64,000 bases of DNA from Burkholderiales bacterium (GCA_050260375.1 JBLNCA010000006.1:128250-192249), one strand, 5' to 3'. Shown: positions 10,455 to 20,548, counted from the first letter of the stretch. Program-made: numbers and translations. Notes: generated from the letters alone by a model not told the origin.

Positions 10455-11321
10455 CTACCTGTCCGATAAAAAAGTTGTAATCTTAAGCTTTTGATTCTTA
10501 AGCTGGCCTAAGCCCGCGAATTCATTTTCTATATATACCCTTACCGTTTCATTGTAGCTTCCCGCAAAATCCACGCTCGCGCCGTTTAAGAGCAGCTTTG
10601 CGCGGCTTCCGTCCGCCGTGACGGCAGGTATACTCTCAAAGAAAGATTCTACGGGTATCAGCGCTTCTTCCGCCTTGCCGGGTATCTTGAGCTCGTCGGC
10701 GGTAACGGACGACGCAATATCGAGCCCCGCGCATTTTGTCCTTACAAGAAACGACATGCAGCCGAGCGTACCAAGGCTTTTGCCGATGTCCTCGCACAGC
10801 GCCCTTATATACGTGCCCTTGCCGCAGGCTACCCGTATCAGGTGGGCGTCCGGTCGCGTGCAATATAGGTATTCTATATCGTGTATTACTATATCCCGCT
10901 GTTTTGCCGGAACTTCGACGCCCCGCCGCGCAAGCTCGTACGATTTTTGCCCGCCCAGCTTTACCGCGGAATACGCGGGCGTCTGCTGCACCAAATCGCC
11001 TTTAAAGCGTTTGAGCGCTTCTTTCACCTGTTCGGGGGAAGGAGCGGCGCTGTTTGAAACGCCGGTTACGCGCCCGTAGCTGTCGCCGGTGTCCGTGCTC
11101 TTCCCAAACGTTATTTCCGCTACGTATTCCTTGGCGCCTCCCATAAGATAAGATGAGACTTTCGTCGCCCTGCCGACGCATATCGGAAGCACTCCGCACG
11201 CGCCGGGGTCGAGCGTTCCCGCATGCCCGGTTTTTACACCGCCTAAAATGCCGCGCAGATAGATTACCGCGCCATTGGATGACATGCCGGGAGGCTTTAG
11301 AAAATTGATAACGCCGTTCAT
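10455..11321 (-). CDS. truB: tRNA pseudouridine(55) synthase
   Basis: 288 aa with the catalytic motif GHAGTLDPGACGVLPI. Context is rbfA-nrnA-truB-ribF. Confidence 0.93.
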   Translation of the reverse strand: MNGVINFLKPPGMSSNGAVIYLRGILGGVKTGHAGTLDPGACGVLPICVGRATKVSSYLMGGAKEYVAEITFGKSTDTGDSYGRVTGVSNSAAPSPEQVKEALKRFKGDLVQQTPAYSAVKLGGQKSYELARRGVEVPAKQRDIVIHDIEYLYCTRPDAHLIRVACGKGTYIRALCEDIGKSLGTLGCMSFLVRTKCAGLDIASSVTADELKIPGKAEEALIPVESFFESIPAVTADGSRAKLLLNGASVDFAGSYNETVRVYIENEFAGLGQLKNQKLKITTFLSDR

Positions 11322-11323
11322 AG

Positions 11324-12271
11324 TTATACCAGCTCTTTTAATACGCCGAGAAGCGAAGCCTTTACTTCGTCAAGCTTGCCCTGAGTGCAGCAGCCTGCGG
11401 CGTTTTTATGCCCGCCTCCGCCCATCGACGAAGCGACATTGCATACGTCTATATCTCCTTTTGAGCGCAGGCTTATCTTAATGCCGTTTTTGATTTCCCT
11501 GAAGAACACGGCGATCTTTGTCTCCTCGATCTCGCGCGCAAAGTCTACGATGTTCTCGCAGTCGGCGCCCGAAGCGCCAAACTCCTTCAAATCGCTTTGC
11601 AGCAGCGTTACGCAAGCTATCTTGCCGCCTTCGTAAATCTCAAGCCTCGAGAGCGCGCGCCCTATAAGGCGCGTAAGTACGAGCGTGCGGCGTCTGAAAA
11701 GTATGTCGGCGGCTTCGCGAAGGTCGAAAAGCTCCACAAGGTCGGCGGAATACATTAGGCATTTGCGGCCGGTGTTTGAATACGTAAAGTTGCCCGTGTC
11801 GGTGGACATCGCGATATAGAGGTACCGCGCCGTCGATTCGTCCTGCTTGACGCCCGCCTCCGACATAAGCTCGTATATTATCTCTCCCACCGAAGAAGCC
11901 TCGGCTATGTAGTTGAGCTTTGCGAACGCTTCGTTCGTTATATGATGGTCTATGTTGATGTTGTTCTTTGCCCGTTTGAATATCTTCTGTGCCTTGCCAA
12001 GCCGCGACTTGTCCGCGCAGTCCACGGCAATAGCGAGGTCGTAATCCGGCGACGCGGCGAGAAGGGATATTCCCTCGCCGGGGAAAAGCTCTGCGTATCT
12101 GTGCGGTATGCCGTCCTCGCAATATATAGTCGAGTCCTTGCCGAGCTTTTTAAGCATGGCGTCCAGCGCGAAGCTTGAACCGAGAGTGTCGCCGTCCGGC
12201 TGTATATGCGCTATCACCAGTATTTTATGTGCGTCGCCTATTGCGGTTACGATATCCTGGAGGCTGCACAT
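11324..12271 (-). CDS. nrnA: DHH/DHHA1 family phosphoesterase (NrnA-like oligoribonuclease / pAp phosphatase)
   Basis: 315 aa with DHH motifs (HIQPDGDTLGS, NIDHHITN) and a DHHA1 GGGGH motif near the C-terminus. Confidence 0.8.
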   Translation of the reverse strand: MCSLQDIVTAIGDAHKILVIAHIQPDGDTLGSSFALDAMLKKLGKDSTIYCEDGIPHRYAELFPGEGISLLAASPDYDLAIAVDCADKSRLGKAQKIFKRAKNNINIDHHITNEAFAKLNYIAEASSVGEIIYELMSEAGVKQDESTARYLYIAMSTDTGNFTYSNTGRKCLMYSADLVELFDLREAADILFRRRTLVLTRLIGRALSRLEIYEGGKIACVTLLQSDLKEFGASGADCENIVDFAREIEETKIAVFFREIKNGIKISLRSKGDIDVCNVASSMGGGGHKNAAGCCTQGKLDEVKASLLGVLKELV

Positions 12272-12274
12272 GGC

Positions 12275-12613
12275 TTACACTTTCTTCAGCAGCTCGTTTA
12301 TCCTGCTGCTGTATTCTATCGAAGTATCGAGTATGAACCTTATTTCGGGCAAGCGGCGTATATTGATGCGCGCGCCTATCTCGTTTTTTATAAAATGCTC
12401 CGCGTGCGTAAGCGTCTCGATAGTCGAAGCCTTCTTCTTGTCGCTGTCAAAAACGCTTATGTACGCTTTGGCGTATTTTAAATCCTTCGATATTTCGACT
12501 CGCGTAACGCTCGCCATTTCGGAGATGCGCGGGTCCTTCATATCGCTGCGTATGATATCGCTGAGAGCCCTCTTAAACTCGGATTCAATTACAGCCAGTC
12601 TGTTTTTAGGCAC
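12275..12613 (-). CDS. rbfA: 30S ribosome-binding factor RbfA
   Basis: 112 aa with a KH-like RbfA pattern (VTRVEISKDLKYAKAYISV). It lies immediately after infB. Confidence 0.9.
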   Translation of the reverse strand: MPKNRLAVIESEFKRALSDIIRSDMKDPRISEMASVTRVEISKDLKYAKAYISVFDSDKKKASTIETLTHAEHFIKNEIGARINIRRLPEIRFILDTSIEYSSRINELLKKV

Positions 12614-15270
12614 TATCTCTCGATCTCCTGCATTTCATAAGATTCTATTACGTCGCCTTCCTTAATGTCGTTATAGTTTTTAAGCGTTATACCGCATTCA
12701 TAACCCTGATTGACTTCCTTGGCGTCGTCCTTAAACCGCTTGAGCGACGCAATGGAGCCTTCGAATACGACGACGTTGTCGCGCAGCAGCCTTGCGGACG
12801 CATTGCGCACTATCTTGCCGTCCGTCACATAGGAACCGGCAATAGTGCCTATGCTCGAGACGTTGAATATCGTCCTGACTTCCGCGTGGCCGAGAACCAC
12901 CTCTTTGAACTCCGGCGCGAGCATGCCCTTCATCGCAAGCTCTATATCCTCTATTGCCTTATATATGACGCGGTATACCCTGATTTCTACCTTTTCCTTA
13001 TCGGCCTCTATCCTTGCCATGCTGTCCGGGCGAACGTTGAAGCCTATGATTATCGCGTTGGACGCGGTAGCGAGCATTACGTCCATCGCCTTTATCGCTC
13101 CGACGCCGGCGTGTATTACGTTAACCTTCACATCTTTGTTGCTCAGCTTTTCGAACGCCTGCTTAACCGCCTCGACTGAACCCTGTACGTCCGCCTTGAC
13201 GACTATGTTGAGTTCTTTTACCTTTCCTTCTTCTACCTGGCTGAACAAATCGTCCAGCGACACCTTCGAAAGGTTTTTGAGCATGTCGGCTTTTTGCTTG
13301 TCTTTACGCTCTTCCGCGACCTGTCTTGAAAGCTTATCCTGTTCTACTGCGTAAATGATATCGCCCGCGACAGGCACTTCCGAGAACCCTACGACTTCAA
13401 CGGGCTGCGACGGATAAGCTGCCTCCACCCTGTTGCCCATGTCGTCCATCATGGCGCGCACCCTGCCGTAAGCCGTGCCCGCTACTATCATATCCGAAAC
13501 GTGCAGCGTGCCGTTCTGAACGAGCACCGTGGCTACCGGGCCTCTGCCTTTGTCGAGCTTGGCTTCGACAATGATACCCTTCGCCAGCCTGTTCGGGTTC
13601 GCTTTAAGTTCCTGCACTTCGGAAACGAGTATTACCATCTCGAGCAGATGGTCAAGCCCTTCCTTAGTTACCGCGGATACGGGCACCATTACGGTATCGC
13701 CACCCCATTCCTCTGCAACAAGGCCATACTCGGTCAAATCCTGCATTACCTTCATCGGATTTGCGTCTGGCTTGTCTATCTTGTTTATCGCCACGATAAT
13801 AGGAACGTTGGCGGCTTTAGCATGGTTTATAGCTTCTACGGTCTGCGGCATTACGCCGTCGTCCGCGGCGACGACGAGTATTACGACGTCCGTCGCCTGC
13901 GCGCCTCTGGCGCGCATCGCGGTGAACGCTTCGTGGCCCGGAGTATCGAGGAACGTAATATCATGGCCGTTGTGCTTTATAGTGTACGCGCCTATATGCT
14001 GCGTTATACCGCCCGCTTCATGTTCGGTAACGCGCGTCTTGCGTATAGCGTCGAGCAGCGACGTTTTGCCGTGGTCGACATGCCCCATCACCGTAACGAC
14101 AGGAGGACGCGGCACAAGATCGCTCTCGGCGTCGGCGATATCCCCTTCGTCCAAAACGTCTTCAGCCGTCTTTTCGAGCTTAAGCTCCAGGTCTATATTG
14201 AACTCCGAGCATATGAGCTGGGCCGTGTCATAGTCGAGTTCGGAATTGATATTGCACATCATGCCGAGCATTAAAAGCTTCTTCAATATCTCCGCGACCG
14301 GTTTGCCCGTCTTTTCCGCGAGCGATTTTACCGATATCGCACTCGTCGTCATAACCGCTTTATCGATGACGACAGTAGGAATAGGCGCAGACGAGGTCTT
14401 CAGTTTGGAGCGCTTCTTCGCCCTGTACCTGGACTCTTCGCTGCCGTCAAGAACGGCTTGCTCCAGCAGTATTTTCTTGCTTACTTTTGACCTGTCGTCC
14501 CATTTATATGTCTCTTCACGATGCTTTTTTGCGTTGTTCTTTTTTTCAAGCGGGACAAAATTCGTCGTTACCGTACTGGCAACTTCAACGCTCTGCGGAC
14601 GCTGCCCGGGGCGCTGGCCGGCACGCTGCCCTGCGGAGCGCTGGTCGCCTTGCGGACGCTGGCCCTGCGGGCGATTGTCGCGCACAGCTTTATCCTGAGA
14701 TTGCGTACGCGCGCCGCTTTTGTCCTGCCGCTGGTCTTTGGGCTGCTGCCTCTGCCTCTGGCCTTGGGGCTGCTGCCACTGGGAGGGGCCGCTCTTTTCC
14801 TGAGGCTCTGGCTTCGGAGCTTCAGGCTTTTGCGGTTCCGGCGCTGCGGTAGTTTCCGCAGCTTCATTCACACCCCCAAATGCCTCACGGCTTTTTGGGG
14901 ACCCCGTATTTGTTGCGGCCTTTTCGCTTGCGGCCGGTTTTTCCATTTCGGCCGCTGGCTGTTCTTCCGCGGCTTTATCAGTTTCCTGCGGCTGTTCTTT
15001 TACGGGTTCAGCCTGCTGGTTTTGAGCAATAGCTTCCTGCTCCGCCCTCGCGGCCTCGGCGGCACGGGCGGCTTCGGCAGCTTCCTGCTGCTCTCTTAGC
15101 CTCTTTTCTTCAGCTTCTGCACGTACGATCTTTAAAAGCTCCGCTTCGATACGCTTTAGCGTGGCCAAATGGTTTTGAACGCTGCTCTGAAGCGACTCCA
15201 TCTTAGTCACAGTATCCCTGGACTTGGCGATAAGCTGCTTATTTATATCAATTATTTTAAGTTTACTCAT
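12613..15270 (-). CDS. infB: translation initiation factor IF-2
   Basis: G-domain motifs [20 protein letters not shown] and NKID, with a long Q/P/A/E/R-rich N-terminal region. I moved the start to ATG 15270 ([11 protein letters not shown]), which has an AAGGGAG SD. Confidence 0.97.
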   Translation of the reverse strand: MSKLKIIDINKQLIAKSRDTVTKMESLQSSVQNHLATLKRIEAELLKIVRAEAEEKRLREQQEAAEAARAAEAARAEQEAIAQNQQAEPVKEQPQETDKAAEEQPAAEMEKPAASEKAATNTGSPKSREAFGGVNEAAETTAAPEPQKPEAPKPEPQEKSGPSQWQQPQGQRQRQQPKDQRQDKSGARTQSQDKAVRDNRPQGQRPQGDQRSAGQRAGQRPGQRPQSVEVASTVTTNFVPLEKKNNAKKHREETYKWDDRSKVSKKILLEQAVLDGSEESRYRAKKRSKLKTSSAPIPTVVIDKAVMTTSAISVKSLAEKTGKPVAEILKKLLMLGMMCNINSELDYDTAQLICSEFNIDLELKLEKTAEDVLDEGDIADAESDLVPRPPVVTVMGHVDHGKTSLLDAIRKTRVTEHEAGGITQHIGAYTIKHNGHDITFLDTPGHEAFTAMRARGAQATDVVILVVAADDGVMPQTVEAINHAKAANVPIIVAINKIDKPDANPMKVMQDLTEYGLVAEEWGGDTVMVPVSAVTKEGLDHLLEMVILVSEVQELKANPNRLAKGIIVEAKLDKGRGPVATVLVQNGTLHVSDMIVAGTAYGRVRAMMDDMGNRVEAAYPSQPVEVVGFSEVPVAGDIIYAVEQDKLSRQVAEERKDKQKADMLKNLSKVSLDDLFSQVEEGKVKELNIVVKADVQGSVEAVKQAFEKLSNKDVKVNVIHAGVGAIKAMDVMLATASNAIIIGFNVRPDSMARIEADKEKVEIRVYRVIYKAIEDIELAMKGMLAPEFKEVVLGHAEVRTIFNVSSIGTIAGSYVTDGKIVRNASARLLRDNVVVFEGSIASLKRFKDDAKEVNQGYECGITLKNYNDIKEGDVIESYEMQEIER
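14868..14911 (-). repeat. GGGGTCCCC hairpin repeat, full-length copy inside the infB reading frame
   Basis: The minus strand reads TACGGGGTCCCC-AAAAAG-CCGTGAGG-CATTTG-GGGGGTGTGAA. It is nearly identical to the copy at 52794-52837. It is translated as [14 protein letters not shown] in IF-2. Confidence 0.85.
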
Positions 15271-15589
15271 GCACGCTACTCCCTTGACCACCATCAAAAT
15301 ATTCTTTTATCGTATCGGCAAAAGCTTTATCAGTTATTCCAACCACCATAATTCCCCTTCTGCCTATTGAATGACCCAATCTATCATAACCGCTCACTGT
15401 CAAAACATCAACGTTATTTTTGCCGCACATATATATAAACTTCTTTCTGCTCTGGGGAGAAATACCCTCCGCAAGCAGCAACAGGCGCACCTTGCCCCGC
15501 TTTAGCCCCGCCTCGCAGGCTGCTGTCCCCGTAAGCGTCTTCCCCGCGCGGTGGGCAAATCCCAAATAAGACAAACTATTTGAGGCCAC
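15263..15589 (-). CDS. ylxQ: L7Ae/L30e-family RNA-binding protein YlxQ
   Basis: 108 aa lying between ylxR and infB, as in the Bacillus nusA operon. It has an L7Ae-like pattern ([28 protein letters not shown]). Confidence 0.8.
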   Translation of the reverse strand: MASNSLSYLGFAHRAGKTLTGTAACEAGLKRGKVRLLLLAEGISPQSRKKFIYMCGKNNVDVLTVSGYDRLGHSIGRRGIMVVGITDKAFADTIKEYFDGGQGSSVHE

Positions 15590-15827
15590 GCCGCAGTATC
15601 ACCCGCTTAATAGCGCTGTACGCCTCTTCGCTCATTGACGTTTCAAGCGCCCTGTCGAACGCTTTTATCTTTTTAGCTTTATCGAGGCATTCCACGTTGG
15701 GGCAAAGATAAGCCCCTCTGCCGTGCGCCTTGCCGGTTTCGTCGGGAAACAGGCCGTCCTCCGACGCCACGACCCGCACGAGCTCTTTTTTAGGCCTGCT
15801 TTCACGGCAGGCTATGCACATCCGCAT
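15576..15827 (-). CDS. ylxR: YlxR/RnpM family (DUF448) RNA-binding protein
   Basis: 83 aa with MCIACRESRPKKELVRVV and GRGAYLC motifs. It lies directly downstream of nusA. Confidence 0.85.
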   Translation of the reverse strand: MRMCIACRESRPKKELVRVVASEDGLFPDETGKAHGRGAYLCPNVECLDKAKKIKAFDRALETSMSEEAYSAIKRVILRRGLK

Positions 15828-15884
15828 AGGTATTTTTTTCGTTTTCGTTTGTGACCACCGCCGTTATACGTTAAGTTTTTATCG

Positions 15885-17000
15885 TTAAAACCCGAAATCG
15901 TCTTCAAGTATATCGCTGGTTTGGGGCTCCTCCGCTTCACCGTCCTTTTTTTCGAACAGCGCTTCCTCTATCTGCGTCTGGCTCTTTATGTCTATCTTCC
16001 ACCCGGTAAGCTTGGCTGCGAGTCGCGCGTTCTGCCCTTCGCGGCCAATGGCGAGCGAAAGCTGGTAATCGGGCACGACGACTTTTGCGGCCTTTTCCGA
16101 CTCGTTTATCTGTACCATCAGCACCTTCGCGGGACGCAGCGAGTTAGCGATGAATTCTATAGGGTCGGCGCTCCATGGAATGACGTCTATCTTCTCGTTG
16201 CCTATTTCGGCGACTATTCTGTCTATCCGCGAACCTTTCTGGCCAACGCACGAACCTACGGGGTCTACGTTTTCATCCTCCGAATAAACGGCTATCTTAG
16301 TGCGCGAACCCGCTTCGCGCGCTATGCTCTTAATCTGAACGACGTTCTGCATTATCTCGGGCACTTCTATCTCAAACAGGCGTTTAAGCAGCCCCGGGTG
16401 CGTGCGCGAAACCACTATCTGAGGCCCCTTCGTCGTCTTCCTGACTTCCATAACATACACTTTTATATGGTCGTTTATATTGTACTTTTCGCCGGATATG
16501 CACTCCGATATGGGCATTATGCCTTCCGCGTTGTCAAGCTCAAGCAGTATGCTGTTCTTGTCGACGCGGTGTATCACCGCGTTCATAAGCTCGCCTTCAC
16601 GCTCTATGAACTTGTCAAACACTACGCCGCGCTCCGCTTCGCGCAAACGGTGCACTACTACCTGCTTTGCGGTCTGTGCGGCTATCCTTCCGAACGAGCC
16701 CGGCGTTACCTCTACTTCGATAATATCGCCCGGCTCATACGCTATGTTTACCTTTTGAGCGTCGGCAAGCGACATTTCCAACGATTCGTCTTGCACTTCC
16801 TCCACGACGGTTTTCTTTGCGTACACCTTGAAAGAACCGTCGTTGCTGTCGACGGCCACACGGACATTCTGGGCGGAACCGTAGTTTTTCTTGTATGCGG
16901 AAACAAGCGCATTCTCAATAGCGTCTATAAGCACGCTCTTATCGATGCCCTTTTCCTTTTCCAATGCATCTATTGCGTTAATAAATTCCGTGTTCATCAT
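15885..17000 (-). CDS. nusA: transcription termination/antitermination factor NusA
   Basis: 371 aa with an N-terminal domain, S1 domain and two KH domains, and an acidic tail. The start may be the second ATG (16997), which sits after a GGAGGG SD. Confidence 0.97.
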   Translation of the reverse strand: MMNTEFINAIDALEKEKGIDKSVLIDAIENALVSAYKKNYGSAQNVRVAVDSNDGSFKVYAKKTVVEEVQDESLEMSLADAQKVNIAYEPGDIIEVEVTPGSFGRIAAQTAKQVVVHRLREAERGVVFDKFIEREGELMNAVIHRVDKNSILLELDNAEGIMPISECISGEKYNINDHIKVYVMEVRKTTKGPQIVVSRTHPGLLKRLFEIEVPEIMQNVVQIKSIAREAGSRTKIAVYSEDENVDPVGSCVGQKGSRIDRIVAEIGNEKIDVIPWSADPIEFIANSLRPAKVLMVQINESEKAAKVVVPDYQLSLAIGREGQNARLAAKLTGWKIDIKSQTQIEEALFEKKDGEAEEPQTSDILEDDFGF

Positions 17001-17010
17001 TACCCTCCGT

Positions 17011-17478
17011 TTATATATCCACGTGAAGCTTTACAACAGCGGTCTCTTTATAAGCATAAGTATTAAGGCTTCCGTTTGTTTTCACAGTAAATCCGTTATC
17101 GTCGCAGCTTATAAGCTCGCCCGTAAACTCTTTTCTGCCCTCTTTGGCGCCGTACAGCTTTATGTCCACTTTTTTGCCTATGCTGCGCTTAAAATCCGAC
17201 GGCTCTTTTAACGGCCTGTCAAGCCCCGGCGACGATACGCACAGATAATACGGGCCCTCAATTGGGTCCTTGGCGTCGATAGCAGGCTCTATAAGGCGGC
17301 TTATGCTCTCGCAGTCGTCAAGGCCTATGCCGCCCGGCTTGTCTGCATAGATAATAAGCTCCTTTGCGCCGCCTGTGCTGTTAAGCTCGACTCCGACATA
17401 TTCATAGCCGCTGCCTTCGATTATAGGCCTGACTATTTCCTCAACTATATTTTCGTATTTATTTGCTATATTAAACAC
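17011..17478 (-). CDS. rimP: ribosome maturation factor RimP
   Basis: 155 aa and the first gene of the rimP-nusA-infB operon. The track start is a GTG that abuts the AAGGAG SD, so the exact start is uncertain. Confidence 0.88.
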   Translation of the reverse strand: MFNIANKYENIVEEIVRPIIEGSGYEYVGVELNSTGGAKELIIYADKPGGIGLDDCESISRLIEPAIDAKDPIEGPYYLCVSSPGLDRPLKEPSDFKRSIGKKVDIKLYGAKEGRKEFTGELISCDDNGFTVKTNGSLNTYAYKETAVVKLHVDI

Positions 17479-17560
17479 TCCTTGCGCGCCCGAAAAAGAT
17501 TTTGTTGTTAGTTTGGATAAATTGCATATGTTTTAACGGGCCGATTCGGGGATTCAGCAA

Positions 17561-17587
17561 TTTAAAAGAGTGGGTCTCACCCACTCT
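17561..17587 (-). terminator. intrinsic-terminator-like hairpin in the rimP-nusA leader
   Basis: The minus strand reads AGAGTGGGTGAGACCCACTCT followed by TTTTAAATT, an interrupted U-tract. It lies downstream of the predicted promoter at 17609-17637 and about 85 nt upstream of rimP. Confidence 0.55.
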
Positions 17588-17608
17588 AAACTGAATCTAG
17601 CGGTAATT

Positions 17609-17637
17609 ATAATAACATAATATGCATAAAAGTGCAA
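17609..17637 (-). promoter_or_regulatory. sigma-A-type promoter candidate for the rimP-nusA-infB operon
   Basis: The minus strand has TTGCAC (17637-17632), a 17-nt spacer, then TATTAT (17614-17609). Confidence 0.45.
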
Positions 17638-17759
17638 GCCATTTTATATATGAAAGCGGGAAAAACTAAACAGAGAAAGGCTTTTCTGCCGCTTTGTCCG
17701 ATGCTTTTCCCGGCGTCAGGCTCACCAACGGCAACGACCGCTTCACTGTAAAAAACGCC

Positions 17760-18581
17760 TTAAGCATCCGTGAGCATTATGACCGCGGCCATGGAGCCCG
17801 TGCGTCCGTTGTCCCTCCTGTGCGAGAAAAACAGCTCCTCGCCGTCATAGGTGCACAGCCCGGATTCCGTGATGTTACCGGCGCGAATACCCGCATTCAG
17901 CATATCTATTACGCACGACCGGGCAAGGTGCAGATGCGTCCTGCCGCCGCGCGTCTCAACGGTATCCTTTCCGAACTCCCTTAAGAACAAGCCGCTCACA
18001 TCCTGCCCGACCTCGTACCGCTCCGGGCCGATGCAGGGGCCTACGGCGGCAAGTATGTCGCCGGCATTGCTGCCGAGAGAGATCAGCGCCTTAACCGCGT
18101 TTGCCGCCATATGCGCGACGACTCCGCGCCAGCCCGCATGACAGACTGCGGCGCAGCGTTTCACCGGGTCATAAAAAAACAGAGGCACGCAATCGGCGTG
18201 AAAGGATATCAATGGCAGCTGCGTTTCGTCCGTATAGAGCCCGTCGCATACTTCGGGAACGCAGTCCCTCGTTATGCCGCAGCCCGAGTCGGTATGCGTC
18301 GCCTTATAAAGCAGCGCGCTGTGCGCATAATTAATAGACACGGCTTTATTATGGTCAAAACCCGCGGCTTTGCCGAACCTTTTTAAATTTTCCAGGAAAT
18401 TTTCGGGGCTCTGTTCCCTCTTTTTACTGAAATTCAGCGTATTGTACGGCGCCGGGCTTACGCCGCCAACCCTTGTGGAAAACGCGCATACCACTCCGCC
18501 CGCTTCTTCAAAGGACGGTATTGTAAGATATTTAAGCCCGTATTTTTCTCTGAGCGTGAATCCTTGATTTATATTGTGCAT
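17760..18581 (-). CDS. pgeF: peptidoglycan editing factor PgeF (YfiH/DUF152, laccase-domain family)
   Basis: 273 aa with the conserved segments FHADCVPLFFYD and CHAGWRGVVA. Confidence 0.85.
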   Translation of the reverse strand: MHNINQGFTLREKYGLKYLTIPSFEEAGGVVCAFSTRVGGVSPAPYNTLNFSKKREQSPENFLENLKRFGKAAGFDHNKAVSINYAHSALLYKATHTDSGCGITRDCVPEVCDGLYTDETQLPLISFHADCVPLFFYDPVKRCAAVCHAGWRGVVAHMAANAVKALISLGSNAGDILAAVGPCIGPERYEVGQDVSGLFLREFGKDTVETRGGRTHLHLARSCVIDMLNAGIRAGNITESGLCTYDGEELFFSHRRDNGRTGSMAAVIMLTDA

Positions 18582-18583
18582 GT

Positions 18584-19039
18584 CTACTTTTCTTCCAATA
18601 ACGCTTGAAGCTCCTTCATGAACGTATCCACGTCCTTGAACTCCTTATAGACGGAAGCGAAACGGACGTACGCGACGTCGTCAAGCTTTTTAAGGCCTGC
18701 CATTACGAGCTCGCCTATGTCTTTTGAAGATATCTCCTGTTTCAATGAATTGAATATCGTTTTTTCTATACCCGCCACCAGCTCTTCTATATCGTGCATG
18801 GGAACGGGGCGCTTTTCGCAGGCTTTTATAATGCCCATCTTTATCTTGTCGGAATCAAACGGTACGCGGTCACCGTTTTTCTTTACCACCAGCAGGGGAA
18901 GGCTGTCTATCTTCTCATAAGTGGTAAAGCGCTTTTTGCATACAAGGCATTCCCTGCGCCGCCGTATTGAACTTCCTTCGTCCGTAGGCCGGGAATCCAC
19001 GACTTTACTTTCAAGGTTACCGCAATAAACACATTTCAT
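18584..19039 (-). CDS. nrdR: transcriptional repressor NrdR
   Basis: 151 aa with an N-terminal zinc ribbon (MKCVYCG ... CLVCKKRF) and an ATP-cone domain. Confidence 0.95.
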   Translation of the reverse strand: MKCVYCGNLESKVVDSRPTDEGSSIRRRRECLVCKKRFTTYEKIDSLPLLVVKKNGDRVPFDSDKIKMGIIKACEKRPVPMHDIEELVAGIEKTIFNSLKQEISSKDIGELVMAGLKKLDDVAYVRFASVYKEFKDVDTFMKELQALLEEK

Positions 19040-19179
19040 ACGTTAGCCCCCCGGAATTATAAAATCATGGATATTATATCATAAAAATCGGCAATTACAA
19101 ACCGCCGCATAAAACCCAAGGTTTATCAAGGTTGTCAGGCTTTAACCCGTGCGCCGGACCGGCAACGGAATGCTTGAAG

Positions 19180-19449
19180 TTAATCCGTATATTCCGGCAT
19201 AAAATTGATGTCCACCTCTACGAGTATAACGTCCTCCCCTATCTTTCTAATGTTTTTCCACGGAATTATCTGGTCGCGCTCCCCTTTGAAAAAAAACGAA
19301 AACCTGGCGGCTCCCGGAACGACTATCGCGCATATTTTGCCCGTGCATATGTCGAGAACAAGGTCGCATATATAGCCCAAGCGCGCGCCGTCCACTATAT
19401 TAACTACTTCCTTTTGCCTTAGCTTGCAGTATCTGGTCATGACTTTCAC
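19180..19449 (-). CDS. YlmC/YmxH-family sporulation protein (PRC-barrel)
   Basis: 89 aa with the pattern LRQKEVVNIVDGARLGYICDLVLDICTGKICAIVVPG...IPWKNIRKIGEDVILVE, typical of the family. It is adjacent to sigG. Confidence 0.8.
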   Translation of the reverse strand: MKVMTRYCKLRQKEVVNIVDGARLGYICDLVLDICTGKICAIVVPGAARFSFFFKGERDQIIPWKNIRKIGEDVILVEVDINFMPEYTD

Positions 19450-19481
19450 CTCACATAATAATATATTATGAGGGAAAGCAT

Positions 19482-19506
19482 AAAAAAGACCGCAGGAAAC
19501 GCGGCC
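19482..19506 (-). terminator. intrinsic terminator after sigG
   Basis: The minus strand reads GGCCGCG-TTTCC-TGCGGTC (a 6-bp stem including one G.U) followed by TTTTTTA. It starts 16 nt after the sigG stop. Confidence 0.5.
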
Positions 19507-19521
19507 TTACCGTACGGGGCG

Positions 19522-20295
19522 TTATATATTCCTTCGTATATTTTTCAGCGCCGTTTTCTCCAGCCTTGACACCTGCGCCTGGCTGATGCCTATCTCCTCG
19601 GATACCTCCATCTGCGTCTTGCCCTGGTAAAAGCGCATCATTATTATCTTTTTTTCACGCTCGCCCAGCTTCTCTATCGCTTCTTTCAAGGCTATGCCGT
19701 CGAGCCACGTCTCGTCTGCGCTGTTTTTATCCTGCAACTGGTCCATGACGTAAATAGCGTCCGTGCCGTCATGATATACAGGCTCATAGAGGGAAACAGG
19801 GTCCTGTATAGCGTCCAAAGCGAACACCACGTCCTCTACGTTCATGTCGAGCTCTTTCGCTATTTTCTCTACGCTCGGGTCGCTGAAGTTTTTTTTGGAA
19901 AGCGTGTTGCGGACCTGCAGCGCCTTGTAAGCGATATCCCGCAGCGAGCGCGATACTCTGATGCTGTTGTTGTCCCTTAAGTACCTGCGAAGCTCTCCGG
20001 TTATCATAGGCACGGCGTAAGTCGAAAACCTCACGCCGAGGTCCACGTTGAAGTTATCGATGGCTTTAATAAGCCCGATGCATCCGACCTGAAAAAGGTC
20101 GTCCATGTTTTCGTTCCTGCCCGTAAAGCGCTGTATTACGCTCAGCACAAGCCTTAAATTGCCTCTTATGAACTGCTCCCTCGCGGCCTGGTCTCCGGCT
20201 TTGACCTTGAGCATTAATTCTTTCATTTCTTTGGGTTTCATAACGGGAAGTTTGGACGTATCGACCCCGCATATCTCGACCTTATTCACCAGCAT
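19522..20295 (-). CDS. sigG: sporulation sigma factor SigG
   Basis: 257 aa. The N-terminus NKVEICGVDTSKLPVMKPKEM is characteristic of SigG as I recall. Sigma-70 regions 2-4 are present, with an AGGAGA SD. Confidence 0.88.
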   Translation of the reverse strand: MLVNKVEICGVDTSKLPVMKPKEMKELMLKVKAGDQAAREQFIRGNLRLVLSVIQRFTGRNENMDDLFQVGCIGLIKAIDNFNVDLGVRFSTYAVPMITGELRRYLRDNNSIRVSRSLRDIAYKALQVRNTLSKKNFSDPSVEKIAKELDMNVEDVVFALDAIQDPVSLYEPVYHDGTDAIYVMDQLQDKNSADETWLDGIALKEAIEKLGEREKKIIMMRFYQGKTQMEVSEEIGISQAQVSRLEKTALKNIRRNI

Positions 20296-20423
20296 GTCAT
20301 GTCTCCTAAAGTAGCTTTTATATGACTAGCTTTGCCATCAGGTGCGCTTTTATACTGGAAAAAAGAGCCCGTATATGCGGCAAAAAGGACCGTATACTGT
20401 AACAACACTATCAAGAATTAAGT

Positions 20424-20455
20424 AAAAAAGCCTTGATTAAATGATTAATCAAGGC
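20424..20455 (-). terminator. intrinsic terminator after ispA
   Basis: The minus strand reads GCCTTGATTAA-TCAT-TTAATCAAGGC followed by TTTTTT. Confidence 0.75.
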
Positions 20456-20548
20456 TTCGCTTTAAACATATTACTTATGCAGTTTTTTTTAAAAAGGAAA
20501 CGGAAAACGAATATGATGCGCTTAGGTAATGCCCGGCGCAGCGCCGGA

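Noticed and set aside
14400-15100. GC-rich imperfect tandem repeats and several long antisense ORFs in the 5' third of infB.
   Set aside because: These are explained by the low-complexity Q/R/P/A/E-rich N-terminal domain typical of IF-2. Only the 44-nt palindromic element at 14868-14911 stands out as a separate feature.
15921-17066. 381-aa plus-strand ORF antisense to nusA.
   Set aside because: It is a shadow ORF of nusA. The sequence is Tyr/Leu/Arg-rich with no motifs, and it spans the nusA-rimP junction.
19503-19521. GTACGGGGCGTTATATA just after the sigG stop, which looks like the two flanks of the repeat (GTACGGGG / GGGGCGTGTATA) joined together, i.e. a possible empty target site.
   Set aside because: The similarity covers only about 12 nt and there is a single instance. 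That is too short to separate from chance. It would need many genome-wide insertion and empty-site pairs.
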